Assembly (NCBI GenBank): GCA_965240325.2
Contig: OZ251250.1
Location: 868,001 to 932,000, forward strand
DNA: 64,000 nucleotides
Source: Rebecca billardiae RCC1528
Taxonomy: Eukaryota > Protista > Haptophyta
Direction: 5' to 3'
The position numbers and the translations under genes were made by a program. Below the pieces are notes generated by a model, which did no database searches, was not told the DNA's origin, and saw only the letters and a list, made by a program, of their open reading frames with translations. Positions 21,927 through 33,996 of this stretch are shown here, one piece after another (within the stretch, counting starts at the first letter, position 1; the number at the start of each line of letters is the position of its first letter).

Positions 21927-23197
21927 CTACGCGCGGCCGCGCTTGGCGCCGCGCCGCGCCGGCCGCGGCTCCTCGTACTCGCCGCTCTGCAGGTACTTTT
22001 GGATGCCCGCCAGCTCGAGCCTGTCCAGCCCGAGCGTCTCGACGGTGCGCGCGCGCGCGGCGAGGAAGTCAACGCCCGCGAGCACGGAGCAGATCTTGAG
22101 CGTGGCCTCCGCGATCGGCGTGGGCACGCCGAGCTTCTGCCCGAGCGAGCAGTACAGCATGAGCCCCTGCCCCACGTCCTCGGTGAAGTAGCGGTGGGTG
22201 GCGAGCCCCTCGCCCGGGGGCGCGTCGAAGGTGCCAAACGTCTTGCCCTCGCCGTAGCACTTGTAGTAGTCGGTGCCGTCCTCGGCGTAGCCCTGCTTGG
22301 CGGAGAGCTCGGCGTCGGAGACCGCCTCGTACCCCAGCGCGCGCAGCAGTGCCATCCGCTCCCGGTCCACCGCCTCGATCTGCCGCGCGACCATCGGGCT
22401 CACCCCGTCTCGGTAGAACTTGAGCGACGCGCCGCGCTTCTCAAACGCGCCGACGTTCAGCATGGTGATGGCGGGGTGGATGACGGGGTTGGCGTTGGAG
22501 AGGCCCGCCGCGAGCACGGACGGCGCGCGCTTGAGCCCGGGGAACAGCGCCTCGAGCGCCGGGCCCACCGCCTCGATCGCCGACGCCGGCAGCGTCGCGT
22601 AGCTCACCCACCCCACCTTGACCGAGCAGTGCACGCGGTTGCCGTTCGCGCGCGTGCCGTACGTGAGCGTGCCGAGCTCGGCGAGGATCGGCCGCGCCTC
22701 GACACCGAGCGCGCGCCAGACCTTCGCCATGTGCAGCGAGCCGCCCGTGCTCCCCGGGTTGAGCACGACGAGGTGCTCGGCGCGCACGTGCGGCGCGAGC
22801 ACGGTCGCGACGCGCTCGTGCGCCACGTTCACCGTGCACACCATGATCGTGTCCACGCCCTCGAGCGCGAGGGCGATGTCGTCGGTCACGGCGTTGAGCG
22901 TGGCGACGCCCGACACCTGCACGCCCGCGCGCGCGCCGCCGCGGACGCGTCCGGCGTGAGACGGCTCGACACGCGCACGGCGCTCAGCCGGCGGCGCGGC
23001 GGGCGGCGCGCTGCGCGCACGTCCCCCTCGGCGTGCAGCTGCTTGTCCTCGCCGATGCCGTCGAACGCGCGCTTGGAGTACTCGGGCAGCTCGTACAGGT
23101 TCACCGTGCAGCCCTGCAGCGCGAGGTCCGCCGCCGCGGTCTTGCCGCCGTTGCCCGCGCCGACGACGCACACGCGCTGGACGGACCGCGCGACCAT
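21927..23197 (-). CDS. NAD/NADP-dependent octopine/nopaline (opine) dehydrogenase family protein; exons 23197-23021, 22916-21927
   Basis: Rossmann VCVVGAGNGG, LNPGSTGG, ELGTLTYGTR, LSNANPVIHPAITMLN, FYRDG, VDRER, HRYFTEDV..GL motifs; in-phase intron 23020-22917. Confidence 0.92.
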
Positions 23198-23314
23198 GCC
23201 TGCCGCGGTTGAGCAACGCGCTCTTGGCGCTTTCCGCGGCTGGTGATTGGCCGGTGGCCCCAACCGGTCCGGGATTCGGCGTCCGGCCAGCATTTCCGGC
23301 CGCCTTGGGGCACA
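23198..23314. promoter_or_regulatory. Putative bidirectional promoter (117 bp) with inverted CCAAT box
   Basis: Two divergent ATGs; tgattggc at ~23244. Confidence 0.5.
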
Positions 23315-25765
23315 ATGGCGGCCCCCCGCCGACGATGGCTGCTGCGCGCCCTGGGTGCGCTCGTGGCGCTGTACGTGGTGCTCTCGCTCGCGTCGTACGC
23401 CAGCTGGGCGCGGACGAGCACCAACTTTGCCCTCGTGCGCGAGCGCTGGCGCAAGGCGCGCGCCGCCGCGGCCACGTGGGCCGCGAGCGAGCTCGGCGGC
23501 GCGCGCGGCGCGTCCGGCGGCGCGGGCGAGGGCTCGCTACGAGGCTGGCTCGACGTGCTCGGCGGCGGCGACGACGAGCTCCTCGCGGCGCACGTGCCGC
23601 GGGAGAGGCATGGCGCGCGCTCCAGCGCCGATGCCGAGCTGGGCATCCCCACTGCCGTCGCGCGCGCAGACGCGGCCGCGGCCGCGGCCGCGAACACGGC
23701 CGATGCGGGGAGCGACGTGGAGGGCGAGGGCGATTTCATCGACGAGGAGGGCGGGGGCGGTGCGGAGCGCGGCTCGGGCCGTGGCACCACCGCCGGCAGC
23801 ACGCCTTCCGCAGCCGGCACCGCCGATGACGACGACGACGCCGCCGACGGCGACGGCGGCGATGACGGCGACACGGCCGACAACGCGCGCGAGGCGGACG
23901 GCGGCGGCAAGGACGGCGGCAAGGACGAGTCGCTGGACTGGCTGGCCGAGCCGGAGGGCCACTGGATCGAGCAGCGCACCGCGGACGCGCTCGCGCTCGA
24001 CCTCCGCCGGCGCACGCGCTGGTGCGTGCACGAGGCGTGCGAGCCCGCCAAGCAAAGTCCGGTGCCGCCGGCAGGACTGGGCCTCGAGGCAGCCATGCTG
24101 AACGACACGCGCGTGTGCCCGAGCGCGCGCGCGGGCGCGGCGCTGAGCGCGTGGCTCTCGGGCGCCGCGCCGCCGCCGTCGTGGTGGCGCGTCACCTGCG
24201 CCACGCTGCCCAAGCTCCAGATCGCGCGCGAGATCGGCTACGGCGCGTGCAAGCGGCTGAGCGTCGCGCTGGTGCCGCGCGGCTTCTTCGGCGCCGCGGA
24301 CGGGCCGGGCGGGCGGCGCGTCTGGCGGGATCCTGTGCTGGCGCTGGTGAAGCGGAGCGGCGCGGAGGGCGGCGGCGGGCCGGGCGCGAGCGAGGCGGAG
24401 CGCGCGGCGTGCATGCGCGCGCACGAGCAGGAGGTCCTGCTCGGCGCGTGCCTCGAGCACGTCCGGCAGCTGCCGACGCTCCTCGGCGCGTGCGTGGCGG
24501 AGGACTCGGTAGTTTCCGCGCACTTTCTCGTCTCAGACGGCTTCGACCTCGGGCCGGCGCTGCTCGCGGCGACGACGGACGAGACGGAGGTGAGCGCGGC
24601 CGAGGCGGCGGAGCCGGGCTCGGCGGTGCGCGCATCGCGCATGGCCGCGGTGAGCGAGCGCGCGCTGCCGCGCACGCGCGCGCGCACGCTCGCGCGGCCG
24701 CTGCCGACCATGCTGCGGCGCGAGCGTCTGGAGAACCGGCGGCTGCTGGGGTGGGCGCTGGCAAAGCAGCTCGTGGCGCTCTTTGCGGAGCTCGCGGGCG
24801 CGCGCGCGCAGCTCGGCGCGCTGAGCGGCTCCTCGTTCGTCCTCTCCAAGTTCCGCGCGGGCGACTCGCACGGCTCGACGCACAAGGTGCCGCGCCTGTG
24901 GCTGGTCGACGCGAGCGGGCTGAGGCTGCCCGAGCTGGGCGCGGCGGCGGGCGCGGAGGCGGCGCGTGCGCCGGGCGGCGGCGGCGCGCCGTGCGCGCGC
25001 GACGCGGAGTGCGCGCCCACCTCCTGGCTGCACTGCTGCTGCGGCGTGCACGCGCACCGCCACCGCTTCGCGTGCCACGGCGCGCCAGAGGCGGCGGGCG
25101 TGTGCAACATGGTCGATCGAAAGTGCATGGCGCCCGAGCCCGAGGCGGCGCTCGTGCACGCCGCGGGCAGCATGAGCTTCCTGCTGCCCGACATCGCGGC
25201 GGCGGCGCTGCCCAAGCTGGAGACGCTGCTCGAGGCGATGCGCCTCCCGGCCGCGCGCGACCGCCCGTCGCTCGCGCAGGCGGATAGCTGGCTGGACCGC
25301 AACGCGCAGGTGCTACTCAGCGGCATGGGTAAGGTGGACAGCCGCAACCTGAGCGCCGCCGAGCGCGGCGCGGGGCCGGGCTCGGCGCGGCGGCACGGCG
25401 CGCGCGCGCCGGCGGCGGAGGCGGCCGGCGCGGCGTCGGCCGTGCCCGCGTCTCTCAGCCTCGCGCTCGCGCGCGCGGGCGGCCGGATCGAGGGAGCGCC
25501 GATCCTGCTGCGCGCGCACCAGCAGCAGCCGCCGAGCGGCGGCGGCGCGGGCGGGCGCGCGCGGCGCTCGGCCGGCGGCGGCGGCGGCGGCGACGACGGC
25601 AGCGGCAGCGCGCTGGGCGAGGGCGAGGACGAGGACGGCCTGGACGGGATCGGCGGCGCGAGCGATGCGCGCGCGGCGGACGCCGTGCGCGCCGTGCTGG
25701 GCGACCGCAGCGCCGCCAGCGAGATGCTGGCCGAGCAGCACGCTGGCAATGCGCTCCGAGGCTGA
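23315..25765 (+). CDS. Type II membrane protein with degenerate kinase-like domain (PKDCC/secretory-kinase-like) and Cys-rich insert
   Basis: N-terminal signal anchor (WLLRALGALVALYVVLSLASYASW); C..L..LQIAREIGYGACK Gly-loop, ALVKR, alphaC-like HEQEV, LLGACV, LWLVDASGL, C-terminal RDRPSLAQ; no HRD motif. Confidence 0.65.
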   Translation: MAAPRRRWLLRALGALVALYVVLSLASYASWARTSTNFALVRERWRKARAAAATWAASELGGARGASGGAGEGSLRGWLDVLGGGDDELLAAHVPRERHGARSSADAELGIPTAVARADAAAAAAANTADAGSDVEGEGDFIDEEGGGGAERGSGRGTTAGSTPSAAGTADDDDDAADGDGGDDGDTADNAREADGGGKDGGKDESLDWLAEPEGHWIEQRTADALALDLRRRTRWCVHEACEPAKQSPVPPAGLGLEAAMLNDTRVCPSARAGAALSAWLSGAAPPPSWWRVTCATLPKLQIAREIGYGACKRLSVALVPRGFFGAADGPGGRRVWRDPVLALVKRSGAEGGGGPGASEAERAACMRAHEQEVLLGACLEHVRQLPTLLGACVAEDSVVSAHFLVSDGFDLGPALLAATTDETEVSAAEAAEPGSAVRASRMAAVSERALPRTRARTLARPLPTMLRRERLENRRLLGWALAKQLVALFAELAGARAQLGALSGSSFVLSKFRAGDSHGSTHKVPRLWLVDASGLRLPELGAAAGAEAARAPGGGGAPCARDAECAPTSWLHCCCGVHAHRHRFACHGAPEAAGVCNMVDRKCMAPEPEAALVHAAGSMSFLLPDIAAAALPKLETLLEAMRLPAARDRPSLAQADSWLDRNAQVLLSGMGKVDSRNLSAAERGAGPGSARRHGARAPAAEAAGAASAVPASLSLALARAGGRIEGAPILLRAHQQQPPSGGGAGGRARRSAGGGGGGDDGSGSALGEGEDEDGLDGIGGASDARAADAVRAVLGDRSAASEMLAEQHAGNALRG

Positions 25766-26362
25766 CGGCGACGCCATGCTGGTGCGGCGACGCCGGCGGG
25801 ACGAGCGGCCGATGCCGCTCACAGATCGCACCGCTACCGTGGCATGGCGCGGCGGCAGTGCCGCACTGCCACTAGTGCCAGTGTAACTAGTGGCGCAGAC
25901 TCGGACTCAGTTCAGTCAATTGTAGGCCGCTGACTCAGAGCCGAGTCATTCCGGAAGCGTGACGGTGCCCCCGCGGGAGGCCACTGAATCGGACCGTCGC
26001 CGCACGCGCGCGCGCGCATGACGCATCAGCACGTAGTGCCGCCTAGTGAAGTCGGCGACTCGAACGACTGGACGTGCTACTACGAGCCACGCGCACACCT
26101 TCACTGTCAGACAGCGGGTGGACGCCGTCCTCGCCGCGCGCGGTGAAGGCCAACGCCCATCGTGCGTCCGACTGATTTCCAACGCGCCGGCCGCCGAGCA
26201 AAGAAAGTCGGCCGCGGGAAAACCAAAATCGCCGGACGGATGCACAGGACTCGTTTGGCCTCGCTGGTCAAGCCACCAGCAGGACGTTTCACCACAGCGC
26301 GCATGGCGGCAGCCTGAGTGGCGAGCGAGCCTGCGCAAGACACCGCCGCGTACTCAGCCGCC

Positions 26363-29142
26363 ATGTACGCGCGCGCCGAGCGGCAGACGTCGCTCGTGAG
26401 CGGCACGACGCCGGCGGAGGTCGGGCCGGGCGCCTACCTCCGCACCGACCGCCCCGCCATCATCCACGGCTACGCGCCCTTCGGCTCGACCGCGACGCGA
26501 ACGCTCAACGTCGAGAGCGGCGCCGTCGTCGCAGACAACCCGGGCCCGGGCGCGTACGCGAGCGACCGGGTGAGGCGGCCGGCGAAGAGCGCAGGGCAGC
26601 CGTTCAAGAGCCGCATGCCGCGCTTCCAGGTCTCCCGCTTCGACGCCGACACCACGCCAGGCCCGGGCTCGTATGCTCCGCAGTCGGAGTTTGGGGCAAA
26701 GAGCAGACCAAACCCGCACGCGCCGCCCAAGGGCTCGCGGGTGCGCGCGGCGCGGCGGCGGGCGCACGTGGCCGCCCGCGCGGAGCGTACCGCGCCGCCA
26801 GCCTCGCGCGCTCACCTTCGCCCACGCCGCCGCGCCCTGCCCGCGTCCGCATCCGCGCGCGCGCGCTCTCGCGCGCGCGCGCGTGCACACGCGCGCGCTG
26901 TCGTGCTGGCGTGCGCGTGCGCCGCTGCGCAGGAGGCGCAGGGGCGGCAGGGCAGCCGCTCGCCCGTGGCCTGGTACCGCGTGCCGACGGCGCCGTCGAT
27001 CCCGACGCCGGCACAGGCCTTCGGCTACGAGGAGACCACCTCGGGAGACCTGATCATGCAGCAGCCGCCGGAGGGACAGGGCTACAGCGGCCGCACAGCG
27101 GTGCGCGCGAAGCGCGTGCGCCCACGCGGCGCGGCGCAGCGCGCGCGAAGAGCGGCCGGGGCGGGGCGCGGCGCGTCTCGCCGCGGGCCGCCGCCGCCGC
27201 CGCGCGCGCGCGCGCACTCCGCCCCGCCCCGACTCTCGGCGCGGTCCGCTCACCCGAGCCCGCGACCCCGCGACCGCGCGCTCGCGCGCAGGCGGATTCG
27301 GTCGGGCCGGGCGCTTATGAGCCGCCCTCGGCGTTCGGGGCGGGCAAGCCGGCGCCTCAGTTCGGCAAGCGCTCGGCGCGCACGACGCTCTTCGACGCGG
27401 TGGCGAAGCGCGGGGACGCCACCCCCGGCCCGGGCAGCTACGTCTCCCCCTCGACCTTCGGCAAAGGCTCGGCGTCCGGCGCGGGCCGGCTGAGCGCGGC
27501 GCAGCCGTCGGCCGCGTTTCGTTCGAGCACAAAGATGCAGCACCAGCAGCTGGTGGACGCGGAGGCGGTGGGCCCGGGGCCGTCGGCGTACCAGAACATA
27601 CACAGCACGACGATGGCCAAGCCCGCGCCGCCGCCCGAGCTGCAGTTCTTCGGCTCGACGCAGCGGCGGCTGAGCGGCGCGGCCGTCTTTGGCGAGGGCG
27701 CGGACGTGCTCAGCAGGCCCGGCCCCGGGGCTTACAATGAGCCGCGCTCCGCGCTGCGCGTGTCCGAGCCCGCGGCGGCGCCGTTCAACAACACGTCGGC
27801 GCGCTTCGCGTCGGACGCGCACCTCACCCGCGCCTCGCAGACCCCCGGCCCCAACGCCTACGACGCCACCAAGGTCCGCTCGATCTCGGCCGACATCTCG
27901 AGGCGCGTCACAGGCCGCAAGGGGGTGTTTGGTTCGACTACGCGCCGCTTCCACGAACTTTCGTCGACGCAGGTGCCCGGCCCGGCGGCGTACGACCTCG
28001 GCGGCGGGGGTGGCGGGGGTGGCGGCGGCGGGCCCTCCTCCGCCTTCTCCTCCGCCGTCCCGCGCTTCAAGGACGACGGCGGCGGCGCCGACGGCAGCGG
28101 CGGCGGCGGCGGCGGCGGCGGCGGCAAGGGCGGCAAGGTGCGCACTGGCCAGCCCAGCAGTGGAATGTCCACCGCACTGGTGCCCGGCGCCACCGGCCGG
28201 AGGCGGCGCGAGCCAGAGCGCCGGCCGGCGGCGAACACGTACATGGTGTGCTGCGCACGCGCCGCGCGGCGCCCGGGCGCCCCGCGCGCGGCGCAGGCGC
28301 CTGGCCCCCGCCCCGCCGGCAGCTGCGTGCGCGGCGGCGGCGGCTGCGCGCACGCGGCGGTGGCGGCGCGGTGGCGCGGCGGTGGCAGGCGGTTAGCTCA
28401 CGCTCCGCTCTCGCGCCCCTCGCTGCTGCCCCGCGCCCCCGCCTCCGTGCGCGCCCTCGTGCGCTCCGTGCGTCTCTGCGCGTGCCGCCTCCCGCCACCG
28501 CCTCGCCCTGCCCTCGCCTCTCTCCCCCCTCCAACCGTCTCCGTCCCCGTTGCAAACACACAACCACACAACCCAACCCCGGTGCTGATGAATGAATGCG
28601 CGCGTGCTGCTGCTGCCGCGCGGTGGCTGGGGCGGTGCGCGGCGCAGGTGCCGTCGGGCAACAGCTGGGACGCGCCGCACAAGCAGCCGCGCGGCTCCAG
28701 CCGCTCCACCTTTGGCGCGACGGGACACAAGCCTCTCGTGGAGCCGCCCAAGGAGGCGGCGCCCGGGCCTGGCGCGTACGACCCGCCCTCCCTGGCCGGG
28801 CTGCGCAGGCAGCGCGGCGCGTATGGCGACTTTGGGGCATCGAGGGTGCGCGCGCCACGACGCCGCGCCACGACGCCGCGCCGCGCCGTCGTGCGCATCG
28901 CCGCGCGCACGGCGTGCGTGCGCGCGCGCGTCCCCGCTGCGCCGCGCGCTCGTCGCGTGCTCAGCGCCAGCCACCCCTCGCCCCGCGTGTGCGCGCAGGA
29001 GCCGCGCTTCTCCGGCCGCCGCTCCGCCTTTGGCGTGAGCGAGCACACCCCGGGCCCGGGCGCCTACGAGGCGAGTGCGGACGCGCTCAACCCGCTGGTC
29101 AAGCGCTCCTTCAACATCACGCTCGGGGACCTGGCCGCGTGA
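26363..29142 (+). CDS. Sperm-tail PG-rich repeat (SHIPPO-repeat) protein, STPG2-like; exons 26363-26740, 26933-27100, 27292-28245, 28648-28845, 28999-29142
   Basis: Many PGPG(A/S)Y repeats, EVGPGAY..HGYAPFGS, APSIP..QAFGYEE..G.L and C-terminal KRSFNIT; four in-phase GT-AG introns. Confidence 0.88.
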
Positions 29143-29411
29143 GGACGCGCGCCGGGGCGTGACTCGCGGCGCACAGCGTCAGCGGCTACGGCGGCGCCAC
29201 CGGCGTCACTCTGGCAGTGGGCGGTGGCACCTTCGGCCTCTGTCCCTGTCCCGCCTGCTCGATCCGCTACTCGGCGGCCTGACTGACGACGATGATGATG
29301 ATATATGTCGTCGTCGTAATATATCGTCATCAGCATCATATCAGCATCATATCGCCCCGGGCCCGGGTAGGCGGGTACCGGGGCTGATGTCGCGCGATAA
29401 CTCACATGATA

Positions 29412-31809
29412 GGGGGTCCATCAGATTAAATTGATTTTTGATTTCTTTTCTTTTCCTTTTCAGAACTTGTTCGGCGTGTTTTCGCGATCGGCAGATTCCA
29501 AATCCGCGCTCGGCTGGCCCCGGCGCGGGAGCGGAGCTCTGAACGGGGTCGGCGAGGCTGATGGCCCTCGTCGACGGCCGTCCGCTCGCCGTTGGGCGCG
29601 CCCACCTCGGCGCAGGCGCCTCGCCGAGCGGCTGGGCGGCTGCGGACAGGTAGCCATGCTTCGTGTGGACCGGGCTCTCGCTGGGAGTCGCTGGCCGGTC
29701 GACGCTCGTGCTTCATGATTTGAATCTGCGTGCTCAACGTGTGCTGCCCGCGACCAAGGAGCGCGTCCTAGGAGCACGTACAGGCGAGCAACGCGGAGAC
29801 GAACATGCGCAACGCGGTGGGATAGGCATCGGCAACGACTCGACGCTGTCTCCTTCCCCACCCGACGCTGCCTTCTCGCCCTCGGACGTGCCCGCGACGC
29901 CTCTGCCGCAAGGGCCAGCTACCGCCGACCAACTTGCGGACCGCTGTGCCGGGCATGACGAGGTCCAGGGCGCGGCAGATGATGATGCACGCGTGCCCAT
30001 GGATGTGTGCGACCCGCCCGAGGTCCCCGCTGGCACCGCCGAGGGGCTCGCCTCCTCCGCGGACGGCCTCGGCTGTGTGCAACCGTGCAGGCCCGAGCTA
30101 CGGCCTGACGTCAACGTCAGCGCGCAGCAGCTCGAGGAGACGGCGGTGGCGGCGCGCGCCATCCACGTGCTGCAGCCCTTGGCCGGTCGGCCCGTGGCCG
30201 GCTTTCGCCCGCGGTACGCATCGGTGCTCAACTTCATGCTCCTCGACCTCCTCCGCACGCTCATGGACCTCATGCTCGAGAACTTGAAGAAGCACAAGCC
30301 GTTGGTCAGAGTGTTCACCCCGGCGTGCGCCCAGACCGCGCGCGACGGTGGGACGAAGAAGCCCAATGCGCTCGCGCTCGTCTGCGCGGATGCGCTCGGC
30401 ATCTCGGCGCGCCACGACTCGCCGCTGCTGGAGGTGATCGGCATCTGGCTGATGACCGTGCACAGGTGGTGGAAGGGCAAGAACAAGGACATGGAGCGCA
30501 TCCTGAGCCGGAAGCAGGGCGCGTCGGCGGCGGAGAGGAAGGCGGAGCTGGATGCCGACGACACGTCGCTGGGCGCCGGCGACGACAGCTGCCCCTTCCG
30601 CGACCTCTACTCGCCCCCCGACGCCGGCGCGCCGCGCGCGTCCGCAGCAGGCCGCGTGCAGGTGCCGCTGCACGAGCAGCGAGTGACTCCTGCTGAGCAC
30701 GCGGTCATCTTGGAGCAGCAGGTGCGCCTGACGGAGCAGCAGGTGGAGCTGGACTCGTCGCGCAAGGCGACCGCGCGCGCCGTCGCCGACGCTGCGCGCG
30801 CCAGCTTGCGCGCCGACGCAACCGAGCGCAGCGCGCGGGGGGGCACAGATCGCGCTGCGGCTGAGCGGGCTGCCATGGCTGCCGACTGCGTCCAGTTCGA
30901 GCGCGAGAGGAGAGCGGCGGAGCTCGAGGGCGAGCGCGCGGCGAAGCGCGCGCAGTCCGCCGCAGTACCGGTGGACCGGTGACGGCCTCGCGTGGGCTGG
31001 GGTACGACGAACGGCGACGACGCCGGTGACACAGAGCACGGGCACGGAAGTCGCCGAACGGCCGCGGCAAGCTCTGCGGCGGCGATGACTGCTAGTCTGC
31101 GCACGCAAGCGTCGATGGCGGAGGACTCCTTCACGACTATGGGGATGGTGGCATGCTCAGAGGTGCGCTTGGTAGTGTGCTTCGGCACGCAGCCCGCCGC
31201 CCGCATCAGGTCCGTCCGGGCCTGCTGCGGGACGGTTTGACGGTGGCATGAGCCCGCCGTCACTCCGCGCGGCGGCGCGGCCTATTCGGATGACCCAGCA
31301 CGAATAGTGAACAAGGTACCCCCATATTGCCACCACCCTGAATATATATTTAAAACGCACCCGCATTGTATAATACACGGGTGGGTAAGTGCATATATAT
31401 ATATGGGTACATGTCTCTAATTAAGTGGGTAACATGCTCGATCTTGGAGTAGTTTTTCACCGACCTCTACGCGCACTCATCGTGCCTACTAAAATTTAGC
31501 AAGTCCACCTTAATTTTGTTGGGGCGGGTTGCAACGGTTATGAATAAGTAAGTCCGACGACATACCGTCATTTAGCCGCCATAACAAGTCGTTGACGTTT
31601 GGCTGAATCTGTATGTGACACAGTGGCGCAGCTGGCGTGCGCGCACGACCGCGCGACGACGCGCGGAGTCGGTTTTGGGTGCTTCTGACGGCTGGGCTGG
31701 GTTCCAGGACATATTTGTGGGTGCCTCCAGCAGGCGCCACGCTCGTCAGACACCTAAATCGAATGGTTGTCGAAAATCACAATTCAGTGGGCTGCTGTCA
31801 TGGACCCCC
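29412..31809. mobile_element. TIR DNA element with GGGGGTCCAT termini flanked by TA, carrying a long ORF remnant
   Basis: ta|gggggtccat...atggaccccc|ta; both ends continue with an aattg..gatttt motif; AT-rich subtermini. Confidence 0.65.
29663..30982 (+). pseudogene. Long ORF inside TIR element (helical core plus coiled-coil), probably a truncated TE protein
   Basis: 439 open codons with host-like codon use in the middle (NFMLLDLLRTLMDLMLENLKKHK; IWLMTVHRWWKGKNK); no upstream in-frame ATG until 29999; no catalytic domain seen. Confidence 0.45.
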
Positions 31810-31882
31810 TACTGACATGACCATGCACTGATAGCGAATTAATATACTAATATATATTAATATATATATATGTATTATATAT

Positions 31883-33588
31883 GAGATAATGTCAGCTGTA
31901 TTGCCGTTTTGGAAAGTGTGGTCAGGTGTATTGCCAAACGCACGTTTTGACTACCGTGGTCAGTTGTATTGCCGTTTTCCATGTTTGGGAATCACGTGTC
32001 AATCTTGTTGCCAACGTCGAATACTTGTGTCAGGTGTATTGCCGTGGATGATGGCCCAATACTTTGTCCAGCTGTATTGCCGTCGCGTAGTGTGGGTCAG
32101 TTGTGTTGCCGTTTGCGCATCTTTGATTCAGGTTTGTTGCCGCGATCGCCCACGCGCTGATGATGGCGCTGGCGCCCACGCGCCGCAGGCGTGCGCGGCG
32201 TGCCCTTGAGCAGGCCTAGCTGATCCCAGGCCAGAAGAGTGGCGTTCAACGACGACGATCTCTGCCGGGGTAGCGCCGTGTTCCTCCACATCATCAAGCC
32301 GAGCGACGAGCTGAACCGTGGACCGGAATCTGCACAAACGCTGCCGCATGCGCGCGCAGTGCAACACGCGCGTGCACCTCGGGCTACTCGCCGTCTACGC
32401 GGAGACGGGCGAGAATCCGTCGCGACTTCTATCGAATCGGCGTTGCTCCGTGCTCACTTCGACTCCGGGACCGTCAAGCGCGCAGTCGATGACATTGCGA
32501 CGGCAGCGCATGCAGGTGCATGCGTGAAGCAGGGTGAGCGTGTGTTGCTGCGCCCCGATTCGCGGGAGTCGAACGTGCACGACGGGCGTGTGCTCTTCAA
32601 CGGCCTCAAGGAGCTTGACCAACGCGACGCGCGTCCCTCTCACTGCCTGCCATCGACTGTCATTCACACCGTGGCGATCAACCAACGCGCGTCGCTCTCG
32701 CTCGTGCAACACTGCTGGCGCGTGCCTTTTTGCGATTGTCATCACTCCAACAGCAGACTGCCCTGTGGCCAACCGTGTGCAGGTGGCTGACCGTGCGCCA
32801 GTCGCACTCGTCAACGCAGGCTGATTGGCCCGTGGAGGAGGAAGTCCAAGGCGTACTGCCAGCTGGGACACAACGCACCGACCGGCGGGCGGTGCGCCGC
32901 GCGCGCCTCGACGAGCCAGCAAGCAGGAGGGGCAGGCGACGCTTCCTGCTGCTGCTGGAACCCGAGTGGCAGGCTTGGCGAGCGCGGTCGCAGCTTGAGG
33001 CGGCGCGTGCAGCGGCATGGGACGCGATGCGGCTCACGTGGCCGCTGAAGTAGCAGCAGTCCCGATGGCGCTGGCGGCCGGCCGCCGGCGGGCGGCAAGC
33101 GCGACGGCGACGGGAAGCGCCGACTGCTACTGGAAGTCAAGATGAGCTACGCAGGCCGCATGATGATGGCATGTCGGTTGGTTGCTGTCGCGTATCCTGC
33201 ATGCCGCGCGCAGGCAGTCGCAGCTCTGCACGCACGCGCACACGGGCTGCGCGAGTCTCTTGTCTGAGTGCGAGTTGTGCCCCAGCCATGAGCTGCTGGC
33301 GGCAATACAACTGACACATAGTTATGGAAAGGGCAATATTTCTGAGCAGACTATGTTCAAGCTCGAAAACGGCAATATTCGTGAACCAAGTACTGTGAAA
33401 GGGTCATTGGTTTGAAACCAGTATTTGAGGGGCAATATTGTTGACACACTATCCAAAAGCGGCAATATTCTTGACCCATACTACTACTGAAAACGGCAAT
33501 ACAACTGACCACGGTAGTCATAACGTGCTTTTGGCAATACAACTGACCACACTATCCAAAGCGGCAATACAATAACTGACGTCGGCTC
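31883..33588. mobile_element. Non-autonomous TIR element (GAG...CTC termini) with arrays of TATTGCC subterminal repeats, in an AT tract
   Basis: ~100 bp TIRs (gtcag.tgtattgccg.tttgga.agtgtggtcag.tgtattgccaaa.gcacgtt.tgactaccgtggtcagttgtattgccgttttc and its reverse complement); about 7 motif copies per end. Confidence 0.85.
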
Positions 33589-33996
33589 ATTATATATATA
33601 TACTACCGTAGTATGCTGCTGAGCGCGTGTCAGCAGGACCGCGGGCGGATGACGCCGTCGGCGCCACACGACACGTGACACGCTCACGGACCGCCACGGG
33701 CACGGCGCCGCGGCGCGCTGCGGCCCGCCTGGCACTGCGGAGTGGCAGCGCGACGTGCCCATATATGATCGTACAGTAGTCATATATTCGAGCGCTGCCG
33801 AGGGCGCCATGCCCGGACTTCGGAGCGTCCGGCGGCCAGTCGTGGCGGCTCGGCGCACGCGCCCGCGGCACTGCCGCGCACAGCCGACGCTTCGAAAGCT
33901 CAACGTGTCGCCTGCCCCGCTCGCAGCGCGCGGCCGCCACCGTGCCCACGCCCGCCCGCCCATCAGGATTCGTCAGACCTCGCCCATCCTCACGAC

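Noticed and set aside
29663-30982. Fanzor/TnpB or intact transposase
   Set aside because: No RuvC, zinc-finger or DDE motifs recognisable here or in any other TE interior in the window
31890-32120. CRISPR-like short repeats with spacers
   Set aside because: Motifs are ~7-15 bp, mirrored in inverted orientation at 33290-33575, so they are subterminal TE repeats; no cas genes
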